Positions 28,502-37,730 of a stretch of 60,344 nt of DNA are shown here, in pieces. Position 1 is the first letter of the stretch. Each line of letters opens with the position of its first letter. Below the pieces are notes generated by a model, which ran no database searches, had not been told where the DNA came from, and was given only the letters and a program-made list of their open reading frames with translations. The stretch comes from Armatimonadota bacterium (GTDB taxonomy: Bacteria > Armatimonadota > UBA5829 > DTLH01): the NCBI GenBank assembly GCA_038207085.1, contig JBBRAE010000017.1:1-60344 (forward strand), read 5' to 3'. Position numbers and translations under genes: made by a program.

Positions 28502-29620
28502 CTACTCGAGGTAGTCGCGGAGCTTCCTGCTCCTGTTCGGATGCCGCAGCTTCTTGAGGGCCTTCGCCTCAATCTGTCGGATTCGCTCCCTGGTCACCTT
28601 GAAGTGACGACCGACCTCTTCAAGAGTTCGGGAGTAACCGTCATCAAGCCCGAAACGCATCTTGAGCACGTCCCGCTCGCGAGGCGTCAGGTTGTTCAGG
28701 ACCTCCTCGATCTTCTCCCTTAGAATCATGTTGGAAGCGGCCTCAGCCGGGCTTATAGCCTCATCGTCCGGGATGAAGTCGGCGAGGTGGCTGTCCTCCT
28801 CCTCACCGATCGGCGTCTCGAGCGAAAGCGGCTCCGGCGCGATTCTGATGATCTCACTTACACGCTCGGTCGGCAGCCCCATCTCCCGGGCGAGCTCGTC
28901 GATTGTAGGCTCGCGACCGAGGTCCTGGAGGAGCTGGCCGCTTGTCTTGATCAGCCGGTTGATCGTCTCGACCATATGGACAGGGATTCGAATGGTCCTG
29001 CCCTGGTCGGCGATCGCCCGGGTGATAGCCTGCCTGATCCACCACGTGGCGTATGTGCTGAACTTATAACCCTTACGGTAATCGAACTTCTCGACCGCCC
29101 TGATGAGACCGATGTTGCCTTCCTGGATCAAATCCGGGAAGCTCATACCTCTGCCACTGTAGCGCTTGGCGATACTGACGACAAGCCGAAGGTTCGCCTC
29201 GATGAGGGTAGCCTTGGCCTCGTCTTCACCAGCCTCTACTCGCTGTGCGAGGTTGACCTCCTGATGCACGTTAAGAAGCGGCGTCTTGCCGATCTCGCGC
29301 AGCCACATCCGGACGGAGTCGTCAAGCGGCATACCTTCCATCGCGACGAGGTCTTCTTCAGCAGCCTCAGCCTCGTGGGCGAGGATTTCATCGGGCGCTG
29401 CCGCTCGCTCAGCGAGCGCCGGGAACTCTTTTGCCTTTTCGACGATCCTGATGCCTTCATCGGCGAAGGTCTGCAGCAGGTCATCGTACTGCTCGGCGTC
29501 AAGCTCCTCCTGATGGCTGAGCGCATCTGTAATCTCTTCGTAGGTCAGTACGCCCTTGCGCTTGCCCTCATCTATCAGCGTTCGAATTTCTTCGCTGCCT
29601 TTTAACTGGTCCACAGCCAC
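28502..29620 (-). CDS. rpoD: Primary RNA polymerase sigma factor (SigA/RpoD)
   Basis: Region 1.1; [41 protein letters not shown]; directly downstream of dnaG. Confidence 0.97.
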   Translation of the reverse strand: MAVDQLKGSEEIRTLIDEGKRKGVLTYEEITDALSHQEELDAEQYDDLLQTFADEGIRIVEKAKEFPALAERAAAPDEILAHEAEAAEEDLVAMEGMPLDDSVRMWLREIGKTPLLNVHQEVNLAQRVEAGEDEAKATLIEANLRLVVSIAKRYSGRGMSFPDLIQEGNIGLIRAVEKFDYRKGYKFSTYATWWIRQAITRAIADQGRTIRIPVHMVETINRLIKTSGQLLQDLGREPTIDELAREMGLPTERVSEIIRIAPEPLSLETPIGEEEDSHLADFIPDDEAISPAEAASNMILREKIEEVLNNLTPRERDVLKMRFGLDDGYSRTLEEVGRHFKVTRERIRQIEAKALKKLRHPNRSRKLRDYLE

Positions 29621-29739
29621 TATTACTCAACTCCTCTCAAACACTTCCGGCGCGACCACTCAATCAAGCGCCCTCAAACCAAAGAGTCCGGGCCCACCCC
29701 GACCCATAACAAACTCATCGTCCGCGAGAACAGCTATTA

Positions 29740-31542
29740 CTACATGTGCAATTCACGTACCAACTGCCAGTACTCTGAGAATTCTTTATCTGTTCCCTTG
29801 ATTTCTCCTCGCTGAATTTTACCAGCAAGCATCCGGAAGCGTTTTTCGTGTTCTTTATTCCTATATAATTTAATCGCGTCCAAAAGCTCGGCTATCGGAG
29901 TCTCCGATGATTCGGAGGTCTGGACGAGAAGCTCGTTTAAAAGCCCCTCCCCCGGCGTTCCCGCAAGCCTTGCACAGAGCGCGTCTACATTTAGTTTTCC
30001 CCGATTCGCCAGTTCTTCGCGCACGACTGTCGCAACAGTTTTCGTGTCCTCGACAATAAAGCTCTCGGGGGGCACCGCGGCGAACACATCGTCTGCCGAA
30101 GCGCCATGACAGATTATCTTACCCAGAAGTTCACGTTCTGCTTTTCGGACCGCTTTTCCTTCTTCTGAGAGAAGATCGACCCGTCCCTGTCTTGCGACAG
30201 GCCTGCGCGTCGGCCCGGATTGAGGCCTCTGCTGCTGCGCAACCCTGGTGCGCCGCGCCTCTATCTCCTGGCGGATATGCACCTCCGCAGGCGTCGTTCC
30301 GCTGCCGTAATTTGGGTGATACGGCGCCAAGAGCGCAATAAGCCGCTCCCGCTCCACCTGCTGCGCGACTTCGGCGACGATGGGTATCGCTTCCCGAAGC
30401 ATCGCGAGCTGACCCGCCCGGGTCGAAAGATCGTGTTTGGCCGAAATCATCCTGAACCGGTAATCCGGAATAGGAATCGCCCCCGCGACAAGCTCTGCAA
30501 AAACCGCCCGGTCACCCCGCCTGATCAGGCTATCGGGGTCTTCCCCCTCGGGCATCGGCGCGACCCGCACGTCAAACTCGGCCTCTTCAAACATCGGAGC
30601 GCCGCGAATCGCCGCGTTCATCCCCGCCGAGTCCGCGTCATAAGCAAGCACAGCCTGCCGGGTGTAGCGCGATAGTATGTTTACGTGCTCCTGAGTGAGC
30701 GCAGTTCCCATACTCGCAACCACATTCGTGAACCCCGCGGCATGCGCGGTCAGCGCGTCCATGTAGCCTTCGACCAGGACCACTTTGCTCTGCTCAATGA
30801 TCTCTTTACGCGCAAGGTTGAGCGCATAGAGCGTCCGGTTCTTCAAGAAAACTTTGGTCTCCGGCGAGTTGATGTATTTCACATCACCCTCCGCAAGCGC
30901 CCGTCCGCCAAACGCGATGACCCTGTCCTGAACGTCGCAGATGGGGAACATCAGCCGGTTGCGGAAGCGGTCGTAAAACCCGGTGCCCTTGTCGCTTTCG
31001 ATCAGCACCCCCGCCCGTGCGGCGTCCTCGGGCCTGATCCTCTGGCTTCGCAGAAAGTCGGAAAGCGCTCTCCACTCGTCCTTTGCGTAGCCCACCCGAA
31101 ATTTGTCGGCGGCCTCGGGAGTTATCCCGCGCCTGTTCAGGTAGTCGATAGCGAACTTGCTTGCAGTAAGCTGCTTTCGAAAAAAGTCAGTGGCAAGCTG
31201 GTTGATTTTCAGCAGGAGATCGCGTTCCGCAGTCACCCTGTTGTCGCCGGGAGTGCGCTCAATTGAGACGCCAACCTTCCGGGCGAGCTGTTCCACCGCC
31301 TCAGGGAAAGTAAGTCCCTCGACGCGCATCACAAAATTGAAGACGTCGCCGCTCTCGCCGCACCCGAAACACTTGTACCTCTGTGTTTCCTGGTTGACGA
31401 TGAACGAAGGCGTCTTCTCACTGTGGAACGGGCATACGCCCTTGAGGTTCTTCCCGCTACGCTTTAAGGCGACATGGGGAGATATGATCTCCACAAGTTC
31501 GCATCGCGACCGGATTTCCTCCAGCGGATAGCGGGAGTCCAC
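29740..31542 (-). CDS. dnaG: DNA primase
   Basis: CPFHSEKTPSF..CFGC zinc finger, KYINSPET, VEGYMD, YDADSAG TOPRIM motifs. Confidence 0.97.
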   Translation of the reverse strand: MDSRYPLEEIRSRCELVEIISPHVALKRSGKNLKGVCPFHSEKTPSFIVNQETQRYKCFGCGESGDVFNFVMRVEGLTFPEAVEQLARKVGVSIERTPGDNRVTAERDLLLKINQLATDFFRKQLTASKFAIDYLNRRGITPEAADKFRVGYAKDEWRALSDFLRSQRIRPEDAARAGVLIESDKGTGFYDRFRNRLMFPICDVQDRVIAFGGRALAEGDVKYINSPETKVFLKNRTLYALNLARKEIIEQSKVVLVEGYMDALTAHAAGFTNVVASMGTALTQEHVNILSRYTRQAVLAYDADSAGMNAAIRGAPMFEEAEFDVRVAPMPEGEDPDSLIRRGDRAVFAELVAGAIPIPDYRFRMISAKHDLSTRAGQLAMLREAIPIVAEVAQQVERERLIALLAPYHPNYGSGTTPAEVHIRQEIEARRTRVAQQQRPQSGPTRRPVARQGRVDLLSEEGKAVRKAERELLGKIICHGASADDVFAAVPPESFIVEDTKTVATVVREELANRGKLNVDALCARLAGTPGEGLLNELLVQTSESSETPIAELLDAIKLYRNKEHEKRFRMLAGKIQRGEIKGTDKEFSEYWQLVRELHM

Positions 31543-31569
31543 ACCACATCACCTCTGGTATAAGATTTA

Positions 31570-32277
31570 TTAATCGTCGAGCTTAAGAGCGACCGTGATA
31601 CCCACAACCTTCTCTTTAAGGAAGGTGAAGACCACCCGGCTCTTGTCGGCATAGCTTGCGCGAACAAACTTGCTGATCTTGATATGCTCCTCAGGGAAGC
31701 CGTACTTCATAATGACATCCTTGTAGGCTGTGCCGAACTTAACACCCTTGCTCGTCTTTGCGAGCGTGAAGCTGCCGGAGCCACTGGCCGTGATCTGAAC
31801 GACCACACCCTTGTCGGAAATCAGATACTCAAGCGTCGTCCCACCGGGAAGGTCGTATGTCCAGGTGATCTGCTGCTCTGTCCCAGGCCCAGGCCCAGTC
31901 GGCTGACCAGGTGCGCCGGGCATTGAAGTCGCCCCTGGCATCCCCAGGCCACCCATTGAAGGAAGAGCAGGCGCGCCGCCTCCGGCCTCGTTCGCCAAAT
32001 TATTGTAATAAGAACCGAGCTGCCCAAGGAGCCCGTTTCCGTTCGACCCATTGTCCATACCGGTGCTTCCGGCCTGACCGGTCTGACCGGCGCCCGCCAC
32101 GTTAACGTAGCCGACGACGATCTTGGTCGGGTTACCATATCTCTTGAGGACATCCGAACCCGGCGCTCCGAGCCTGATCCCTGCAAGTGTCGTTTCTATA
32201 GCCATAGCAGCCGCGCTCGCGCCAATCAAAATTGCCACGCCAAGCGTCACGGCGACCGATCTCTTAAATGTCAGCAT
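31570..32277 (-). CDS. Secreted hypothetical protein with a Gly/Pro-rich insert
   Basis: Start moved to ATG 32277 behind AAGGAG; signal peptide; two GI-x-LG/GV-x-FG...YG-x-P repeats. Confidence 0.75.
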   Translation of the reverse strand: MLTFKRSVAVTLGVAILIGASAAAMAIETTLAGIRLGAPGSDVLKRYGNPTKIVVGYVNVAGAGQTGQAGSTGMDNGSNGNGLLGQLGSYYNNLANEAGGGAPALPSMGGLGMPGATSMPGAPGQPTGPGPGTEQQITWTYDLPGGTTLEYLISDKGVVVQITASGSGSFTLAKTSKGVKFGTAYKDVIMKYGFPEEHIKISKFVRASYADKSRVVFTFLKEKVVGITVALKLDD

Positions 32278-32515
32278 CAACAACCGCTCCTTCGCCACAA
32301 AATCCTTCTGATTACCATTTCCACGTCCCAGCCTCATAATCCTTCCTCCAGCCCCATATTTTTCGCCCCAGCAGGCGCGCACGCGGGCGGACTCAAGTTA
32401 ATCCGCTTCCAGTTGTTAGACGAAACATAGAGGAGGAATGTTCACGGAATGGGAAAAGAATGAGTTTGAAGTTGAGGCGAACGGGATGTCCGCCTCAATG
32501 CTCAATCCTGAATGC

Positions 32516-33118
32516 TTACCACTGAGTAATGCGCAGGTAGATCACGACGAACATAACGAGCGCGGCGATCATATTCAGATACTCGTGGTTTCGGGCGATG
32601 CCGCTCCACTGGGCGCGCTTGTTGCTGCCTTTGGAGTAGGACTTGAGCCTGGGGAAGAACCTCGGCACTTCGCTGCAGAAGTGGATGTAATCTTCGCCGA
32701 ATATTCCGCGGAGTCGCTCTTCCTCGCGGCTGACTCGCGCAGTGACGTAGAGCGCGAAAATGGTGTAATAAAGCCCAACCGCAACCCACAGTCCGCAGGG
32801 AGGGTACGACTGACCGACCATCATCACAAACCCGAGAAGCACGAAAAACCTGCCGAAATACATCGGGTTTCGCACGTGCTTGTACGGTCCGGAGGCGGCA
32901 AGCGCCTTGTCCTTGTGGAGGTGAGAGGCTGCCCAAAGCTGCCAAAGTTCACCGAAAAACGTCAGCGCCATTCCGGCCCAAACCCACGGAGACACGGGGG
33001 CATCCTTGCCAGCGGGGTTCTTCATAAAATATACCCCTGTTGCGAGAATCGCCGCCATAATCGGCACGCGCCACCACTGTACCTTTGCCCTGAACTTATC
33101 CTTAGCAGTTGCTACCAT
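32516..33118 (-). CDS. Isoprenylcysteine carboxyl methyltransferase / PEMT family membrane protein
   Basis: LAASGPYKHVRNPMYFG, EEERL..FG..Y. Confidence 0.88.
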   Translation of the reverse strand: MVATAKDKFRAKVQWWRVPIMAAILATGVYFMKNPAGKDAPVSPWVWAGMALTFFGELWQLWAASHLHKDKALAASGPYKHVRNPMYFGRFFVLLGFVMMVGQSYPPCGLWVAVGLYYTIFALYVTARVSREEERLRGIFGEDYIHFCSEVPRFFPRLKSYSKGSNKRAQWSGIARNHEYLNMIAALVMFVVIYLRITQW

Positions 33119-33243
33119 ATAAGTGTGATTCCATTCTTGTTATTGTGTATTTGCGCCGAAGCGCAGAATATCTCATCGACTACAAATGTAACATTTACTG
33201 GCTCAGCAGTCAAGACGAGCTATTAGCTGTTAGGTATTAGCTG

Positions 33244-33324
33244 TTAGCCCGCTTCATTCGTGAAACGAATAAAGCTCTCGCTAACAGAGCATTATTCACG
33301 CTTCTCGTGAATAATGCGGGTTAG
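33244..33324. repeat. 81-bp multi-hairpin repeat element, copy 2 (inverted)
   Basis: See copy 1 at 9480-9560; preceded by the heptamer run (AG[CG]T[AG]TT)x4 at 33218-33245. Confidence 0.85.
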
Positions 33325-33395
33325 CAGGGAGTCGGTAGCAGCCGTCGGTTTGAGGGACTTGTGCGGCGGGAACTATGTAGGCCGGAGGGCTTGCG

Positions 33396-35057
33396 ATGTC
33401 AGAGGATCAACAAAGCAATATGTGGGTCGCGTTTGGGGTGTTTATCGCGTTTTTGGTGCTCTACCTTGCTACTCCGACCTCAAACTATACATTTGATGCG
33501 CTGAACTATGCGACCTCGATCCGATACGCTGATATGGCAGGGCCAAAGGCGCTGCTTCACCCCCACCACCTCGCATTCAACAGCCTGGGATACGTCACCT
33601 GGCACACAATGAGAACGTTTTCGCCGCAGGTTCAGTCGATCGTGGCGCTTCAGGTTATGAACTCGCTCTTCGGGGCGCTCGGGCTGGCGTTTTGCTATCT
33701 GGTGATATCAAACGTGATTGCCGCGACTGCCGGGGAGATCTCTTCGTCCAAGAGATCGCTTGTTGCGGTGGTATCGACTGCTGTGCTCGGATTATCGTTT
33801 GGATGGTGGACGGCTAGCACCGACGGGCGGGCGAATATTCCGGCGATGGCGGCGATATTTCCGGCGTTTTTCTTTGCATGGAGAACAGCAAGGGTCGGGG
33901 GAGCTAGAAACACGGCGGCTGTGGGGGCACTGACGGCGATGGCGGCTCTGCTACACCAAAGCCACGGCATGTTCGTGCTTGTCGGGGCGGCGGGAGTCAT
34001 GCTTGCGCCGGTCGACGTGAAACGCAAGCTTGGCTTGGCGTCGGCGCTTGCTGGTGCGTTCTTCGTCGCGCTTGGAGTTCCCTATCTTGTCGCGCTTGAG
34101 GTGCGCGGCATCCACACCTTTGACGCTGCGCAGAAGTGGATGCTCGCTTACGCGCATGAGGGGACTTGGTGGAGCTTCGACATACCTGGCAATCTCGGAA
34201 AAGACGCGCTCGCGCTTGCCCACGCGTTTGTCACGACATCGGCGATATCGTCCGAGGTCACAAGGGTGGTCTTTGCGTTGTGCGCGGGGCTGGTCATCGG
34301 GTCGGCGCTTGCGAGGGAGGCGCTGAGGGTCGGGCGACGGGGTGCAATCACAGACATCGAAGGCGCGAAGGCGGGGTCCGGTGCGGCGAACAAAACAAAT
34401 CCGCTGTTTGCCTTCAATGCGCTTACAGTGGTCTGGATTGTCCTCTACGGCGCGTTCTTCACGGTCTGGGCGCCGGGATATTTCGCGTTTTGGATCCCGG
34501 TGGCCTCGGCGATTGTGATGGTGCTTGCGGTGAACTCGGTCCATATAAATAGAGTGGTCCCGGTGGCCTCAGCGATTGCGATAGTCCTTGGCGCGGTGAA
34601 CTTCACCCAGTACGTGCTGCCGCACATGCCGGAGCGCTCCAACAAGTCGGTGACGATCGCGCGCGCGGTCGCTCTGAACACTCCTCGGGGGTCGTTTGTA
34701 GTCGTCTCGGGGATGGGGTATCTTGCTCAGATGGAGGTCTACGTCCCCTACTTCGCCAACCGCCGGGTCATATCGCTTAACCAGGTGATGGGCCGCCACG
34801 GGGCACGCGGCATAGAGGCCCTGCGGGCCGATATTCGATCGCGCCTTGATGCTGGCACAGGTGTGTATGTCTTGGAGGACGTAACCGAGCCTGGGGAGGC
34901 GTGGAGGCAGCTTGGGAGGCGTTACGGAATCGATCGTGAACAGGTCTGGCGCGCGTTTGCGGGCTTTCAGCTAACGCCCACGTTTCTGGCGGGAAACCAA
35001 CATGTCTACGTTCTCAAGCGCGCGTCAGGGAAAGACGCACTCGATCCGCAACAATGA
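33396..35057 (+). CDS. Polytopic membrane protein, GT-C-like glycosyltransferase candidate
   Basis: About 10 hydrophobic segments; N-terminal loop FDALNYA...LHPHHL. Confidence 0.75.
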   Translation: MSEDQQSNMWVAFGVFIAFLVLYLATPTSNYTFDALNYATSIRYADMAGPKALLHPHHLAFNSLGYVTWHTMRTFSPQVQSIVALQVMNSLFGALGLAFCYLVISNVIAATAGEISSSKRSLVAVVSTAVLGLSFGWWTASTDGRANIPAMAAIFPAFFFAWRTARVGGARNTAAVGALTAMAALLHQSHGMFVLVGAAGVMLAPVDVKRKLGLASALAGAFFVALGVPYLVALEVRGIHTFDAAQKWMLAYAHEGTWWSFDIPGNLGKDALALAHAFVTTSAISSEVTRVVFALCAGLVIGSALAREALRVGRRGAITDIEGAKAGSGAANKTNPLFAFNALTVVWIVLYGAFFTVWAPGYFAFWIPVASAIVMVLAVNSVHINRVVPVASAIAIVLGAVNFTQYVLPHMPERSNKSVTIARAVALNTPRGSFVVVSGMGYLAQMEVYVPYFANRRVISLNQVMGRHGARGIEALRADIRSRLDAGTGVYVLEDVTEPGEAWRQLGRRYGIDREQVWRAFAGFQLTPTFLAGNQHVYVLKRASGKDALDPQQ

Positions 35058-35354
35058 AACGCCGCCCTTGGCAAACTCGGTGCGAAGCGCGGCATCTTTG
35101 TCGTCCCGAAGATCTGTCACGAGACGGAAGCTGTCGCCGTCCTCGATCATCAGGCGAACCGTCCCACCCTCGCTCTCGACGATCTGGTCGTACTTCAGCT
35201 CATAGCTCGCGCCGCTTGAAAGGCTGACTACCGCCTGCGGGCTCACCTTGGCAACCAGAAGCGTTGTCCCGCTTGCAATCTCTTCGGCGGGTGCGGCAAG
35301 CGCGCCGAACATAACAGTGATCATCACCATGGCAAGTGTCGTTACAAGTCTCAT
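35025..35354 (-). CDS. Small secreted hypothetical protein (~109 aa)
   Basis: Signal-peptide-like MRLVTTLAMVMITVMFGALAAPA; 33-bp tail overlap with the neighbouring gene. Confidence 0.5.
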   Translation of the reverse strand: MRLVTTLAMVMITVMFGALAAPAEEIASGTTLLVAKVSPQAVVSLSSGASYELKYDQIVESEGGTVRLMIEDGDSFRLVTDLRDDKDAALRTEFAKGGVSLLRIECVFP

Positions 35355-35412
35355 ACCTTGGTTTATGCACATTGCGTGCCACTCCAGCTCTGCTAATGCT
35401 ATAATAATACCC

Positions 35413-36396
35413 ATGAGTGACCAAGATGGCATGGGAAGAAGAGAGCTTTTGTCTTCGGCTGCAAAATCAGCTGCGGGCTTTGCGCTTGGGAGGTTTGGCC
35501 GGGGGCTGAAGAATAGACCTCTGGGCAGGGCTCCGCGCGTCGCCAGAGATCCCGCCTTCGCCGTATCGACGACCCCGGACCGAAGGCTCGCGGTTCGGGA
35601 GGCGATCGACAAGCTCGGTGGCATCAGTGCGTTTGTGAACAAGGGCGATTATGTGCTCCTCAAGCCCAATATCTCCTGGGCGAGAACTCCTGAACAGGCC
35701 GCGACGACTCACCCCGACACGGTCGCCGCGGTGATCGAGCTTTGCAAAGAAGCCGGAGCCAGGGACGTGCTCGTCGTCGACCACATCATCGAGCAGGACT
35801 TCGAGTCGGCTCTTGACGTAACCCAGGTGAGGGACGTGGCCGAAGCGCTTGGAGCAAGGGTCGTGGCGGCTCAAACCGCCGACCTTTACACCGCGATCAA
35901 GATCGCACGGGGCAAATGCCTGCAGGGCGACCAGGCACTTAGGGACGTTTTGCGGGCTGATGTGTTTATCAATATGCCGACGGCGAAGGTCCACCCGGAA
36001 ACGGGGGTATCCCTCGGGATGAAGAACCTGATGGGACTGGTGTGGAGCCCGTCGGGGTGGCACGCGAGCGGGAGCATCCACCAGTGCATAGCCGACTTCG
36101 CAGGGGCTGTGCGGCCCGACCTGACCATCCTCGACGCCTCGCGCGTGCTCCTGACAAACGGCCCCAAGGGCCCCGGTGACGTGCAGGACCTCCACCAGGT
36201 GATCGCGGGGACGGACCAAGTCGCAGTCGACGCTTACGGCGCGACGCTCTTCGGGCTCGACCCAAGGAAGGTCGCCCACATCAGAAAAGCGAGCGAATCG
36301 GGAGTCGGCGAGATAGATTTTGATAAGATAAATATCGATACAAAACAAGAGCAACTCGCGGCACAAGAAGACGTGCCGCTATTTGCAGAAACGTAA
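35413..36396 (+). CDS. DUF362 domain protein with a Tat-like leader
   Basis: GRRELL; VLLKPNISW...ATTHP, INMPTAKVH, LGMKNLMG, DQVAVDA. Confidence 0.88.
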   Translation: MSDQDGMGRRELLSSAAKSAAGFALGRFGRGLKNRPLGRAPRVARDPAFAVSTTPDRRLAVREAIDKLGGISAFVNKGDYVLLKPNISWARTPEQAATTHPDTVAAVIELCKEAGARDVLVVDHIIEQDFESALDVTQVRDVAEALGARVVAAQTADLYTAIKIARGKCLQGDQALRDVLRADVFINMPTAKVHPETGVSLGMKNLMGLVWSPSGWHASGSIHQCIADFAGAVRPDLTILDASRVLLTNGPKGPGDVQDLHQVIAGTDQVAVDAYGATLFGLDPRKVAHIRKASESGVGEIDFDKINIDTKQEQLAAQEDVPLFAET

Positions 36397-36518
36397 ATAG
36401 CATAGAGCGCCATTTATGAAGGGAATCGTGTCTGAAGCTTCTCGCAGCGCAGACTGCGCGCCGCTGCCAGCTTCGTCACGATGGGAACGTAAATGGCATA
36501 AAGCGCCATTTACGAAGG
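36390..36518. repeat. Pair of 33-bp palindromic direct repeats flanking a hairpin spacer
   Basis: AACGTAAATAGCATAGAGCGCCATTTATGAAGG (36390-36422) and AACGTAAATGGCATAAAGCGCCATTTACGAAGG (36486-36518). Confidence 0.75.
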
Positions 36519-36529
36519 AGAGGTAACCG

Positions 36530-37033
36530 ATGGAACGACTTTGGGCGCCGTGGAGGATGGAATACGTCACGGCTGACGACAAACCGGGGTGTATCTTCTG
36601 CTACAAGCCAGAGGAAGAGCGCGACCGGGAGAATATGATCCTGTTTCGCGGCAGGCTCTCGTTTATAATGCTGAACGCTTTCCCCTACAACAACGGGCAC
36701 CTGATGATCGCGCCGTACAGGCACATCGGTGACTTCTCAGAGCTGACCGATGACGAAATGCTCGACATTATGAGGCTCGTGCGCATCGGCAAAGACACAC
36801 TCGCGTCGGCGTTTGGGCCGGACGGGTTCAACATAGGCGTGAACCTCGGCAAGGTCGCGGGTGCGGGAATAGCCGACCACGTGCACGTGCACATAGTGCC
36901 GAGATGGAACGGCGACACGAACTTCATGCCCGTGATTGCAGACATCAAGGTGATGCCCCAGGCGCTCGACAAGGCCTATGAAGCGCTCCTTGCGGGGCTG
37001 GAGTCGATCGACTTGAGGTACGCGCTGGAATGA
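36530..37033 (+). CDS. HIT family hydrolase (Ap4A phosphorylase-like)
   Basis: LWAPWR, CIFC, NAFPYNNGHLM, HVHVHIVPRW. Confidence 0.93.
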   Translation: MERLWAPWRMEYVTADDKPGCIFCYKPEEERDRENMILFRGRLSFIMLNAFPYNNGHLMIAPYRHIGDFSELTDDEMLDIMRLVRIGKDTLASAFGPDGFNIGVNLGKVAGAGIADHVHVHIVPRWNGDTNFMPVIADIKVMPQALDKAYEALLAGLESIDLRYALE

Positions 37034-37671
37034 GCGAGGAGAGACCAAGCGTTGCGCCGGTTATTGAGGAGCTTCGACAGACGGCAAGCGTCTGCGAGCG
37101 CTGCGAACTCTGCCGCACCCGCACCAACGTCGTCTTCGGCGAGGGGAACCCCGACTCGCCGCTTGTGATCGTCGGAGAGGGACCGGGAGCAAACGAGGAC
37201 GCGACGGGGAGGCCGTTTGTAGGCCGCGCAGGGGCGCTTCTTGACCAGGTGATGCAGGAGTGCGGCATCACGCGCAAACACGTCTTTATCTGCAACGTGA
37301 TCAAGTGCCGGGCGTGCATCATCGAAAACGGGCGAAGCCGCAACCGTCCGCCGATGCCCGCCGAGATCGAGTCCTGCACGCCGTGGCTTGAGCGCCAGCT
37401 TGAGATCATGCGGCCGGTGGTGATACTCTCGCTTGGCGCACCCTCGGCGAAGTTCATCATCCACAAGGATTTTCGCATGACTCAGGAGCGCGGCAAGTTC
37501 TTCGATAGCAAATACGCGCCCTACGCGATCGCCGCACTGCACCCGGCGTACATATTGCGTCAGGCCGGTGAGGTGTTCGCGCAGTACAGGGCGTTTCTCG
37601 CTCAAGACATAATGGCAGCGCGCAAGAAGGTCATCGAGGCCCAAAAAGAGCCAAGACCTACGTTGTCTTAG
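37030..37671 (+). CDS. Uracil-DNA glycosylase family 4
   Basis: CERCEL, VGEGPG..ED..GRPFVGRAG, NVIKCR, LHPAY. Confidence 0.93.
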   Translation: MSEERPSVAPVIEELRQTASVCERCELCRTRTNVVFGEGNPDSPLVIVGEGPGANEDATGRPFVGRAGALLDQVMQECGITRKHVFICNVIKCRACIIENGRSRNRPPMPAEIESCTPWLERQLEIMRPVVILSLGAPSAKFIIHKDFRMTQERGKFFDSKYAPYAIAALHPAYILRQAGEVFAQYRAFLAQDIMAARKKVIEAQKEPRPTLS

Positions 37672-37684
37672 AGATCGCAGCAGG

Positions 37685-37724
37685 ATGTGTTCGTCAGGGA
37701 ATGGATTCCCGGACGAACACATCC
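37685..37724. repeat. Long palindrome related to the GGACGAAC REP-like family
   Basis: GATGTGTTCGTC-AGGGAATGGATTCCCG-GACGAACACATC between convergent genes. Confidence 0.6.
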
Positions 37725-37730
37725 CGGGCA

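Noticed and set aside
36390..36518. Mini-CRISPR array
   Set aside because: Only two repeats, a 63-bp self-pairing spacer, and no cas genes
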